Assembly: GCA_028023455.1 (NCBI GenBank)
Contig: JAQFVV010000010.1
Location: 2,914,001-2,978,000, forward strand
Reading direction: 5' to 3'
Source of the DNA: Epiperipatus broadwayi
Taxonomy: Eukaryota > Animalia > Onychophora
Length of the DNA: 64,000 nucleotides
The notes below the pieces were generated by a model. That model had not been told where the DNA came from. It searched no databases and saw nothing but the letters and a program-made list of their open reading frames with translations. This document shows, piece by piece, positions 39,749-52,835 of this stretch (position 1 is the stretch's first letter; every line of letters starts with the position of its first letter). The position numbers and the translations under genes are program-made.

Positions 39749-40375
39749 GTTTTGAACAGCGAAGACATCATTATGCGTCCAAATTCAAATAGGCTTCAAT
39801 TACGTAGTAGATATCGGAAATCTGACCTATATGATAGTCGTCTACAGGAAAATCTTGGTTTGAAATCTTCTGCGGATATTTTGGTAGATCACTTCCGTTA
39901 CAAGTATCATAGTATGTTTAATTTATCAGGTAATGCTAACAATGTTTCTGGAAGTGAATATTTACGAAGAGATTCATTAGGACTTAGAACAACTTCAACA
40001 CCCAAATCAACAAGTTGGCGAAATATTAATATATTAACTGAAAATACACTATCTGAAGATAAGTCATCATCAAATGGAAATAGTCCTACCCATGCTTCCG
40101 ATAGGCGACAACCACCCATAGGAAATGAAAACGAGATTAAACGGACAGTTCGAATGCCACAAACAGTATTGGATAATAGTGAATCAGGTGTGAATTCTGG
40201 TGGTAATCTAACTTTGAAAAACCAGGTATCTTCTCGGGCTCACAGAAATTCTTACCCTTCTTCTAAAAATAACATTCCACAAAGCCCAAAGCCTCCATCC
40301 AATGAAAAACCATCTCAATCTAATAAAGACTCTTCCAAAACTAATCAGATTTGGTATGAATATGGTTGTGTGTAA
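39749..40375 (+). CDS. Terminal coding exon of an unidentified protein with a disordered tail ending IWYEYGCV
   Basis: Acceptor ttttttatAG at 39747-39748; a 208-codon stop-free frame in 75% AT DNA; TAA at 40373-40375; an AT-rich 3' UTR follows. The ORF-track start at 39752 is a TTG, not a real start codon. Confidence 0.9.
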   Translation, partial: VLNSEDIIMRPNSNRLQLRSRYRKSDLYDSRLQENLGLKSSADILVDHFRYKYHSMFNLSGNANNVSGSEYLRRDSLGLRTTSTPKSTSWRNINILTENTLSEDKSSSNGNSPTHASDRRQPPIGNENEIKRTVRMPQTVLDNSESGVNSGGNLTLKNQVSSRAHRNSYPSSKNNIPQSPKPPSNEKPSQSNKDSSKTNQIWYEYGCV

Positions 40376-40756
40376 AATTTTAAGTCATTGATCTGTTGTA
40401 AATATAATATTCATATTTTGTTTTTGTAAATATTAAGTTAATTTTAAAAAAAAGTTTCTTTGGTTCATTTTTTGCATTGTTTTGTTTTACTACATTTGTC
40501 AGATTGTACTGAGAACAGTAATAGGTGAGCTGAAAATTATTTTAAATGTAGCAGCTTATTTTGACAGAAGTCTTATTTACATTACAATTTTTCATCTTTA
40601 GTTAAATAAGAAAATTGATATTTATTTGTCAAGTTTTGTGCTGTTACTTGTAACCATGAATGTGAACCATATATTTTATAAAATATAGATGATTGTAGTG
40701 AAAGATTGTGTGTGTGTGTATGATTTGTCAAATTATTTTGATATTGTTTGTTTTGA

Positions 40757-40762
40757 AATAAA
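40757..40762 (+). promoter_or_regulatory. Candidate polyadenylation signal of the + gene
   Basis: AATAAA ~380 nt after the stop. AATAAA is frequent by chance in this DNA. Confidence 0.35.
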
Positions 40763-41263
40763 AAATTTAAAAAAAAATGATTTATCCATATACAATTACT
40801 TTTTTTATCTGCTGATTAAATTGTAACTATGACAGCATTATCTCCTTGCTTACAAATTTTATTTTTTCTAAGTAAAAGTACATATTGTGGGGGATTGATT
40901 TCTAAAAGTTGAGCCATTTACTTTTTCTTTTTGCCAATAGCAAGATACTGTAAACATTTTTAAAGAAATATATAATTTTTAAAATTTTATCATTTTCTTT
41001 TTATTCAAGGATAGGCTGTAAAAATAATTTTTGTCAGTTTTTAATATTCCCAACATATGTATAATTATATTCTTTATATATATATGTACTAATATACAAT
41101 ACTTGTTTTTTTAGCAATAATTTTTGCTATGATCTACTTGTAAATCAAGATAGTATGCAAACTGTCAAAAAAGTTGAGTTAACAATCACTAAATACAAAA
41201 TTATTTTACATAGTATTTTCTATATAAATTTTTAAATTAAAAAATATCTTTTAGAATTCTTAT

Positions 41264-43635
41264 ATCATCATTGTCAATCATTATCAGTCCACTGCAGAAT
41301 GAAGGTCTCTCCAAGTTCAATCTATCTTGTCTGATCTCTAGCCTCTTTTCTCCACATTACCCCTGCACACTGTCTTATTTCATCCATCCATCTCATATGT
41401 GGCCTCTTTCTGGGTCTTTTACAGTCTCTTGGAGCTCAGTTTAATCTTTCAGTTGTTTATCTATTATCATCTCTTCTAGCAATATTTCCAGCCAAACTCC
41501 ACTTCAATCTTTTAATTCTTTCAATGATGTCAGTAACACCTGTTTGTTCTCTTATCCACATATTGTTTTTTGATCTCTTGTTGTTACTCCTAACATGCAT
41601 CTCTCCATACTTTTTTGAGTAATCTGAAGTTTCTCTATTGCTCTTCTATTAAGTGTCCAAGTCTCAGATCCATTATGTTTCCATCTTTGTAGTTGTTTAC
41701 TTCTTCTAACTCATCATAATCAATATTTATTTTTATCTTTTGAGAAAATCCATTCAACATTACTTTAGTCTTTTTTACATTTATTTTTAGTCCTTCTTTC
41801 TTACTTTCATCTGATAATTCTTGGAACATTTCCTGAAGCTTTGAAAAATATTTTCAAAAACAAGCACATCATCTGCAAAATCTAAATGATTTAAACAATC
41901 ACCATTTACTTTTACTCCTTTAGCTTTTCATTTTAATCCACAAAATACTTCTTGCAGTATTGCTGTAAAACGTTTTGGAGATAAAGGGTCATTATTATTA
42001 TTATTGTATAATCTAATTGTTGTTGTTGCATTTTTATAAATATTTTTTAGAATATGACAATATCCTGGGTCTATACCTTGATGATCCAATGCTTTAATCA
42101 TTAAAGATTTATAAATGCAAAGCATAATAGCAACTCATATTTATTGGTCCTTTCTATCACTTTTGTCAATACTTGGATATGATCTACTGTACTAAAACCA
42201 CTTAAATCCAGCTTGATTTTGGTTGGTTGAAATCCAGTGTTCTCTGTAGACAAGTTGTAATTATCTTGTTAAAAAAATTTTGTATAAAACTGGTAGGTCT
42301 GTAATTTCTGATATCTTCCTTATCACCTTTTTTAAATATTAGTATTAATACTGCATTCTTCCAATCATCTGGTACATCTTTATTATTTAGACATTTGGTA
42401 TATAACATTGCCAGTTTTTTTTCTATTTCTTCACCTACTTCTTTTAATATATCGATTATAATTCCATCATTCTCCTTTATAAATTTAATTGCATGTCTTA
42501 CTTCATTTAAAATCCTGGGTAATTCAAACGATATAATAGATGTAGGAAGTACTTGTTTTTTATTACTATATAATTCTTGATAGAATTCTCTCTTTTTAGT
42601 AATAGTGCCATCTTTTTTTCTTATTATAGATATTAAGTTTCCTATCAATGCCAAAATATTGTTTTACATTCTTGAGACTTTTATTCTCTTGTATAGCGTT
42701 CTTTGCTAGTTCACAATTATACTTATATAATTATCAATTCTTTTTGGCAACATTTTTATATATCTTCATATTCCTTTTTTTCTTCATAAATTCTCTAGTC
42801 TCAGAAATTTTATTAGTCAATTGCTACTTTTTTCTACCAGCTATCTTTGTTGCAGTTTTTAAAAATGTATCAGTTATTTTCCTATTAATTTCATTCAAAT
42901 CTGAATCATGTTCAAAATCTACTAATACTTGAAAACGATTTGCAAGTTCTAATTTAAATTCATTAGAATGTTTCTGAAGATTAGGAATATCAACTGTAAA
43001 TATTGTTTTTCTTAGTAATTTTTGTCTCTCCAGTTTTGCATTAACACGTATCTTACATCTTACTAATCGATGATCACTTCTTGTGTTAAATTTATTAAGG
43101 ACATTACGATCTTGAAATATATATTTTCTGTTAGTCAAAATATAATCTAATTCCCCTGTACCTTCATTTGAATGCTTCCACAACCATTTCCTTTTAACAT
43201 TTTTCTCAAAAAATAAATAAATCATAATATAAACTTTTTCTGCAAGCTCCACAAGTCTATGTCCTCTCTCATTTCTATTACCATAATCACATTTTCCTAC
43301 AACACTTTCATTTGTTTACCAATTCTAGCATTAAAGTCTCCCATAACAATTTTAAAATGTTGTATAGTCTGATCAAAAGCCTTTTGTACATCTTTATAAA
43401 AATCTTCTACTACTTCATCACCATGAGAACTTATTGGGGCATAAACCTGAATTATTTGCATTTGGTATCTGCTATTAAGTTGAATAACTAATCTTGCCAC
43501 TCTATCCAATACACCATTAATCTCCACAATATTGTTCTTCCACCCTTTATTTATAATGAATCCTACTCCACTTGTACTTCCAATATTTGTGTCTTTGTAG
43601 TAGAGTCCGTTTCCACTTTTTAAATCCTTATATAT
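41264..43635 (-). mobile_element. RTE-clade LINE, 5'-truncated and decayed
   Basis: AP endonuclease QVYAP...VMGDFNARIG, ELDYIL and SDHRLV. RT W..AVLILIFKKGDKEDIRNYRP, LSPKRFT and NHLDFADD. The 3' end ...GCAGTGGACTGATAATGAT..GATGAT is a short-repeat tail. Confidence 0.95.
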
Positions 43636-46257
43636 TCATTCATATATATATATAGTATAATTTTAAAATTTATGAATTTAGTTTAATCCTAGAATATCTA
43701 GCACATCAAACAAAATTTTTAAAGTTTATGTAAAATTGTATATTACGAGTTTTTTATGATAGTGATATTTATTTTCTGCTTTAAAACATTTGGAACAGTT
43801 TTAATATAATTTAAAATTTATTTCTTTATATTATAATGTTGTATTACAAAAATGAAATCGTAGAAGTGAAATATCTCTTTTCTGGAATTCAATGCCCGCT
43901 GTGCTTTTTTTTGACTAACTAATGAGTTTAATATTATAACAAGTAAGCATTTGGGGAACTTTTCCTATGGTACACACAACGTTTTGCCATAATTAAATAT
44001 AAAAATATATTTTTAATTTTATTTATATTGTGTAAATAATTATTGTATCTTTAGAACTTTTCAAAAATATGGATCTGTAGACAATTTTCAGATATTCTTT
44101 TTTCCTTATTCTTCCATGTTCATTAATTCTTTTTTTTTTTTTTAGGCTCAATATTGAACAATAATTTAATAGAATTTTAAACAAATTAATAAATGCAAAA
44201 AAAGATAGTTCATCAGAACTATGTATAAAAAAGATCTCAAATTCAGAAGACTTTTTTTTTGTTTGTTTTTAAGTTTTTTGATTTCACTATGTTTAGAATC
44301 CTATTTAATTATTATACAATATTAAATGTGTTAGGGAGAACAGAATGAGATTAATTTATACAGAAAATAACATATTTAGTGTATTATACAAACTTTTGAG
44401 ACATCTTATGTATTTATTTAATATCTAATGAGATTCATTTTTCTAGCCACAACTTCAATTAAAAAGAATATTCCAAAATATTTTTTTATTTTAACTAAAG
44501 TGCCTTTATACCCTTTCTTTATTTTATTTTTTTTTACTGACAAATAATCATAATTGTTTAGTTTTCTTTTGCTAATATTATCTTATATTTGTGATTTTCA
44601 TTCCCTATATATATATTACAAAGTCAACTTATAACAACAATGTCTTTAAATAATTGTGTGTTTAAAATAGTTAAATATTAGGACAACATTTTGTAGTAAA
44701 TGTGAAATTAAGTGTTGATTTGAAATTGTAAATTATAACAATCTTACTGTTCTCAGTAGATGGAGCTGCAGCTTCATCCTGTTTGTTAACATTTAATTTT
44801 AAATTTAAGCTAATCTAGTCTGCATATACAGAAGACAAAATATCTGATTAGTATAAAATAATGCTTGAAGTGAATGAACGTATGTAAATTATGCAAAATA
44901 AAAGTTTTACTACCTAAATTTTTTTCCTGTTTATGTGTGATAATAATAAACACAGACTTATATAAATATGATTGAATATTTATTTCACATATATATACAA
45001 TATTTACAAATCTGTACAAGACTCTTTAAAAAAAAGCATATATATATATACTATTTGCAATAATTTGTTATACCATATTCTTGATATGTTGGATTGGTAT
45101 AATGTTTAGTTGTGAGGGTTTTTTTTTAAATATTTGGTATTTTTATGATAAAATAATTAAAAGTTTAAATAATAAGTAAAAAATAAAAGAATATATGTTA
45201 CATTTTTTTAAATCATCATAATTAGACAAATAGATGATTGTTGTGATTAGTCTGGATTACTCATATAAACACAAACGAGTATACAAATGTTTTAATAATA
45301 TATTTATTAGTAATATATAAATATAAACATACACTCGATTTCTAGGTACTTTGATATTAGACCTGCAACATAAGGGAGATAGGATGCCTTTTCACATCTG
45401 CAATAAATGTGTAATTTTGTGCTGATGTCAAATTGAAAGGAAATATTCCCTGCAATGTTATTTGATCTCATATGAAGAAAACATGTTTATCAATGAATCT
45501 TTTTTTTTTTTTTTTTAATATTTTGACATTTTCAGTTATTGTTCAGATTTCTTTTTGACAACAGGATAAATATTTAATAAAAGTCTTATAATAATTTATA
45601 TTTCTTTATTTTTGTGTATTTTTTTTTTCTTTAAAAAAAAATGTTTATTAGCATTTCTGTGGGGAGTCCTGACATACTCTGTGCAATCATATGTTCAATA
45701 AAACTCCATTTTGGGGGGACATTTTTCAGATCAAAATCTCCATTGTATGTGTGTTAGAAGTAAATGGCAAATTTGTGGCTTCAACACAACAATTCCTATT
45801 ATGTATTATACGGTAAGTAGCATATATGTGTATATTTTGTAAATAATATTTTAAAAAATTATAATTTAGTGATTGTATTGTGCATATTTAAAGTAACATT
45901 TTTTTTTGCATAATGCCATCATTTATTTAAGATTGCAAATCAATTTTTTTTTTTATGGTTTAAAATGTTTTTAATATCATTATACATTTTAAAGTTGTTA
46001 GTGTGAAAGTCATATATATTTGTGTGTGGAAATCAATATTTTTTTTAAAAAAATACTCTTTTAATCTCCATTTCTTCTTCAAAATTGTTTTTAAATTATC
46101 GTTTTTAATATTTTTTATACTTTAAAAATGGTAATTTTTAATATCCATTTGCTCCTTAAAAATTGTTTTAAAATCATCTTTTTAATATCCATTTGTTTTT
46201 CAAAATTTGTTTTAAAATGCTGTTTTTAATATTATTTTTTATACTTTTGGTTATTTT

Positions 46258-46525
46258 TATTAATACTGCAACATGTAGCATGTATTAGACTTGTAGCGCT
46301 TTTTAACATTCATATCAACCTACCGATAACTTTGTAAATCTTGTAAAAATACGCACAAGATCCGTGTACACATTACTATTTTATTTTTGCAAATTTTGGG
46401 GAAAATATCATATACAAGATTCTTGTACACATTATTTTTGTCAGATCACAAAGTTATCAGCAGATTGATATGAATGTGAAAAGGTGCAGCAAGTCTAATG
46501 CATGTTCCATGTTGCAGGACTAATA
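46258..46525. mobile_element. MITE (~270 bp) with ~75-bp terminal inverted repeats
   Basis: ctgcaacatgtagcatgtattagacttg...gataactttgt is mirrored by acaaagttatc...caagtctaatgcatgttccatgttgcag. Confidence 0.8.
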
Positions 46526-46999
46526 CCAAAGTATTTACAAGATTTAAATAATGATGGCCATACTCCACCTGGTATTGGGGTAAAGCTACTAGTTCTAATG
46601 TGAACTGTTGAAGAAGGGATTGTATGTGCCCTTATAGTTCTCTATTCGCTTCCAGTTGTACTTGACAGCCTGTCTCATGAGTAGATATGGCAACTCTTCC
46701 AGTTGTCTTTACAGTTTGCCTCGAGACAGCTTTGGTTTCGGCAGTTTCCAGTCATAAACATGGACTTGCCTCACTAACTGTTAGTTTAAATATAGTCTGG
46801 AGAACAGGAGAACTAGGCTACTGTTATTTAGGTTTAACAATCATTCTCTGGAGAATGCTTGTCTTTCAGGTTTGACAGTCATTTTCCACCTTACTTTCAA
46901 AAAGGCCGACTATTTATTGCCAGATCCCAAACCTTAATGGAAACATTCGGATTCACTGAGCATCATAAGACAAAACATGAAAGTTACACTGGATTTAAA

Positions 47000-48000
47000 A
47001 GTCCAATTTTTTAAATGAATAAATATAAACCTATCATAACATTTCTGAAGTGTAAATTTTCACTACATCTCTCTGACATAATGTAGGAAAGGCAAGGTAA
47101 GATATGACGATTGAAATAGAAAATTGCATGTCTTATAATATACAATCTTTATATCAAAGAAAATTCTACAAGGATGAATAAGTATATCATAAGAGTTATA
47201 ATCTATCACATCAATAAATTTAATGAAGACAGATTGCTCAATTTTCTAGCTAATCAACAGTGAAACATCTAATTATCTAAATATAATCTTTTGCAATAAT
47301 AAACCGAAACACAACCTTACCCCATACTATTTAGGAATCACCATGTATCATAGCCTAATTTTCAAAATTAATTTTGAAGAATAACTTTCTTAGAAAGTTG
47401 GATTGTAATGCAAATACTTTATGGACTGCTTCCTTAACACTGGCATATTCAGCTGGTCAATATTGCACTCTTGTTTAGAAAAAAAAAATGTCACACTAAA
47501 CATCTATACTCAAATATTACCATGAGAAATATTTTTAACTCACTTAAGTCTATTTATTTATCATGTTTTTTTTGTTCTTTTGTATATTCCTCCATTACAT
47601 ATCAGAAGAAAAGTTGAATCACTGAAAATATATAAGCAGATCAGACTTGCCAATAATTCCAAGACAAAATTCCATACCTAAGACTCATCTCAAATTTATA
47701 CCCCCATTTTTTTGGATAGTCAATGAAGAATTTATAATTAAAGAATTATATGTAAAAAATGAAATTCTTATAAAGTTCCAAATACCCCCCCCCCCCCGAT
47801 ATATAACAATAGATCCAGATGGATTTGATCTTCCTGAACACAACTGTAATTTTACTAACAGACAGGGCAAACCATGCTTGTTATCTACTTCATAAATGTA
47901 ATTTATTAGCCATTGATTTATGTAGATGTAGACGACACAAACAATATACTTGATGATTAAATCTATGGTCACTGGCAAAATTGAAGCTGCAACTAGTGAA
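47000..48000 (+). mobile_element. 3' part of an I-group (Ingi/jockey-like) LINE, decayed
   Basis: TPYYLGITM.HSL, ANTLWTASLTLAYSAGQYC (cf. ANTLRTAALALVYSTAEYC), DPDGFDLP and the C-terminal LLHK...LCRC zinc-knuckle region. Confidence 0.7.
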
Positions 48001-50341
48001 TCTCTTTGTTAAAATCTTTATAGTTTCTTTGTAATATTTTATTACCTAGATAAATTGTTTGAAAAAAAATACTGCACATTAAATAATAAATAAATAGTAA
48101 ATCTAAAGGAAGAATGACTTCATCTCTCTTTATTCACAAAAATAACTTCAATTTATCATATTTTATTAGTGAAGTATTGCATATAGAAGGAACTTTTTAA
48201 TTCTTAATTAATGTTTAAAAAAAAAAGTGTAGGAATCTTAAAATATTTTTATTTTAAGTCTGTTGATGAAAGATTAAATAAGAATCAGGAACAGTTTTAA
48301 ACTGATTATGTCTTTTGTAGTTAATTGACTTCCATGTGATTGATTGGGAGGAGGGGGGCAATTGCTGCTGCAAGCTTTTTTTTTAATTAAACTGAAATAT
48401 TCACATTATTTATTAGAATAAAGCTAATAATAATAATGATATTATTTATGGATCTACTTTTTTATATTTGCAAAAATTTCAGTTTAAACTACTCTTTATA
48501 AAAATTATTTATTATATATATAGTAATGGATAAAGCAGTTTGATATGAAACTTCCCTAGAAGGTACCACTAAATAATAAATCTAGATCTCCTTCATATAC
48601 CATATTGTTAACTAATGAAAGGAAATACTAAAGAAAGAAGTTTACTAGCAAAGTCACACACACAAACTTAGTAATCATACAAAGTTATTTTTCTTTTAAA
48701 TAGTCTGGTGGTCATGGATATCAGAGACTCTTTTACAATACTATATGTAACTGAAAACCATAAATTATAAAAAGATTCTTCCAACTAATAACAAATCTTG
48801 AAGCAAAGAGACCCAGCATGAGTTACATTTGGACACATATATTTAGTATATCATTATTTTATGTTTGATGTAATCAAAATAAATAATAATAATAAAAATT
48901 CAAAAAATGGTCAATAATAAAATAAAAAAGTTTATTTAACAAACAAAATAATTTACTTTAAAAAATATAATATTATAACAGCTATCACTATTTACATACT
49001 AAAATCAACACATGCATGCATAATTAACAGTCTAACATATTGCAAACTAAAACTAGCTATCCTTGATATTAATAATTAGTAATCTAACAACCTATATTCT
49101 GAAGGCTTATAAGATTAAGCAATGGGTGATATGCCAGTTAATGATAAGATAAACTCAATATTGTAATATTTAAAGTAACCGCAATAAAAAAGCAACTACA
49201 CTTAAGACTCTATATATAAAATAATATCAATAGTAATTCATTATAATCATACTTATTAAGATATAATGATATTGCCCATGCTCTTATAAAAGTATTACAA
49301 AACTAAATCATAAAAACGAAGCCATAGGAAATTTAAAACTGGTACTAATAATGTCAAACCAAACATATTCAATTATACAACATCCAAGCTGTCAATACAT
49401 GCAACATTGCCCAAATATATACAAAATAAATACTTAGCATTACAAACTTAAAATCATAAATGATTATCATTAAATAATAAAGATTATATATTTGACAATG
49501 TGCAGTAAAATATGAAGTCAGTATATTTTCATATATTATTCCAATTTATACCATATTCATTACAAATTTATGAAATGTTTAGAAATGATAGTAATTAATA
49601 GTTGTATAATAAAAATATATCAGAAAGTTGTTTTGTTTTTTAAAAAAAATTATATAAGATTTATAGATTGATTTTATTTATTATGTTATGTTTACCAATA
49701 AAAATTCTGTTTTTCTCTGACAATTGATTGAATACTCTAATAAAAGACAATTAACAGAAGCAATGATGTTGACCATTATGACTATCTATTTTTAAATATA
49801 GACAGAAGAAAGGCCTGAACAAAGTTGAAAATCATTATTTTTGCAGCAGTTGGTGATTATAAAGTATTCCTATTCATTGTAGATGAAGATATAGAAGAAT
49901 TATTCATTTGAACTTTGGGTTTCCGTTCCTGGGACAAAAACTATTTAGAAATTCATTTTAGAAGTTTTAAAATTCAATGTTTTTCTTTTTTTAGAAGCAC
50001 GACTATCTCCTCTGATCACCTTTGCAAGAAATTATTCTTGGAAAACAGCCATCGGAACAGTAAATCATTATATAGTTTAGTTAATAAAAGTGATGGTATC
50101 AATTCTTTGCTGTTAATATTTTAAATTCAACAATTAATGTAAATGCAAAATAATATTTTGTAAATTATAAAAATTGACTTTTTAAATTATGATTTAAATA
50201 AATAAACTTTTATTTATATAGAGAGTGCACAATGTTTTCATTAATAATAATAAAATATTTTAAACATATTCCATGATGTCATATTTTTTTATTTTTAAAT
50301 AAAATTTCTTCTCCATACATTTAACATATTCATATGGAATA

Positions 50342-52517
50342 CAGGCAGTTCCCTAGATACAAACTTAATTCGTTCCTGACATGTGTTTGGAAGTTGAAAT
50401 TGTTTGAAAGTAGAGGTCTATAAAAAAAACATCAAGAAGGGTTTTCAAAATGCAGTATTTACTTTTTACTGATTAGTATCTGGAGTTTTGTTTACAAATT
50501 TATCAAGAGTTAATTGTATTCTTTTTCTTCTCTTGATAAAGAATTCTGTAGCATTGTGTCTTTTTCTATTGCCCTTCATATACGAGATATACACTTTCCA
50601 TTGGGATCACATTCTTCCATGATGGTCAAAAATTTGTCAAGATGCATGAAGGCTTCATTCATATTCTTGATTGTCAAACTCTTAACAATAAGTTCATTAT
50701 CAGGTTCTTCATTTTGCATTCCATTCATCTCTTGTAGTTTAATCAAGTCTTCATTTGACAGAGATTCTGAGTGAGATTGCATTAACTCATCAATATCTTC
50801 ATCAATGACATCTAAATTTAATTCATTCATTATATTGACTATTTCAGTTGTGATATCTTCAGGAGTTTCTTCAATATCCAAAGAAGTATTCATCATTTGT
50901 GGATATATTTTTTCCCAACAACCTTTCATTGTTGACTCTCTTATTTCAGCCCATGCATCCCCAATAATCTTTATTGCATTCGATATATTATAACTTTTCC
51001 AAAAATCTCTTAGTATAGGTCCACTTTCCTTGTCAATTATCTTGATTGCTTGAGTTATTAATCTTCTCACATAATATTGCTTAAAAGTAGCTATCACAGT
51101 TTGTCCATAGGTTGTATTTTACTTGTGGTATTGGGAGGGATAAACAAAACATTAACTTCTGGATATAAATTTTGCAGGGATATTGGATGTCCATGAGAAT
51201 TGTCTAAGAGCAATAGGGATTCAAATGGTGAATTATTCTCACTACAATATTGCCTAACAGAAGGCACAAAATGATGTGAGAACGAATCTTGAAAAAGCTG
51301 TGCAGTAGCCCAGGCTAGGCTTTAGGATTTGATTTCCAAATGACTGGGAGCATTCTTTTATCTTTTCCTTTCAATGCTCTAGGATTTTCTGTCTGATAAA
51401 TTAGCATTGACTAAAATTTTAAATCACCAGCTAAATTACTCCAAGAAGCAATGTTAATCTGTTTTTAGAAGGTTTATACCCAGGTACAACTCATTCTTCC
51501 TTTGCTAAATATGTATGTGCCAGCATCTTTTCCAAAAATAATCCTGTCTCATCTACATTGAAGACTAGGTATGGAAAATAAGCTCCATCTTTAATGATAT
51601 TAGAGAAAGTGGAAATAAATTCACTGGCAGCTTTCTTATCTGCACTGGCACCTTCCACAGTACATTTAATATTATGTAAAGAATATCTCATTTTAAATTT
51701 GTGAAACCAGCCATTACTTGCTACAAATTTGATAGCAGAGTCTTCTTTTAATTCTTTCTTCCAATTTTCATGCAAACTAAGAGCCTTAGCTTGAATAATT
51801 GATAAAAATACTTGGATGCCTTTTTGATGTTGATCTTCAATCCATAAAGCTAAAGATTTCTCCATTTCATCCATTACTCTGTCATGTCTTTTTGAAATAA
51901 TCTTTGAAGAAATATTTCCACAACTTTTAACATATTCCTTAATTTTGTTCTTGTTTTTCACAATTGTATATATCATTGATCGGTTTAAATTACCTGAACG
52001 TGCAATTGAAGCAAAAGATTCACCATTTTCAGAATGTCTAACTATATCCATTTTTGTCTCTATCATTTGGGGGTTATGAGACCTTGATTTCTTTTTAGTT
52101 GTATCAATGCTGCTGTTTGTTTGTTTCTCACTCATGTTTTTAATTAATAACAATGAAAAAAATTCACCAAAACAAATATATGCAATATATATGTAAAGTA
52201 TTCGTGCACAAACTACTTTTAAAAATAAGCACTAATCAAGGTAGTCTGTGACTATGCTAAAAATAAAAGTAATCAATGTGAGAGAGATGGGAAGATTTAC
52301 TGTACTTTATATAGATTTTTTTTATTGTTTTCTAAAATATACTTTTAATTATTTTCTAAAATTCCAAAGTTTATATTTTCTTTAGAAAAAATTCAATTAC
52401 AAATGTATGCAAATAGGGTTTTTTATTATGTGCATAGATAAAGATCTAAAGTCCAAAAGCAATTACATAATAGCAAAATGTTTGTAACTCGAATGTTTGT
52501 AACTAGAGGACTTCCTC
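50342..52517 (-). mobile_element. Tigger/pogo DNA transposon, full-length outline with a disrupted transposase
   Basis: TIRs CAGGCAGTTCCCTAGATACAAAC and its imperfect complement ending at 52517, with TA on both sides. CENP-B HTH (EKSLALWIEDQ, FVASNGWFHKFK), NVDETGL, LLDNSHGHP and IATFKQYY. Confidence 0.95.
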
Positions 52518-52622
52518 TATATCATTTCAATATATATTTAACAATTTAGGTTAATTCTTTACAGATTTAATATTCAAACTTATGTAACACTGTGATTATT
52601 TATTAAGCGCATAGGAAGTATG

Positions 52623-52835
52623 TAAATACTTTTAGAGAAAGGCTTTAACCTTTTTTTGACTAAGAGGAATCTCTCAAACCTCTATATAAGATAGCGACTT
52701 TATAAAGATAAGTTGCTGTCTTGTATCAAGGTTTGAGAGGTTCATCTATAGTCAAAAAAAAAAAGAGATCATTTCACTATTATAAACATTCAAGGTCCAT
52801 ATGATAAATGTTAAAGCCTTTCTCTAAAAGATTTA
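52623..52835. mobile_element. MITE-like element with an inner 115-nt hairpin
   Basis: Outer arms ttttagagaaaggctttaac / gttaaagcctttctctaaaa, and an inner inverted repeat at 52650-52764. Confidence 0.75.
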
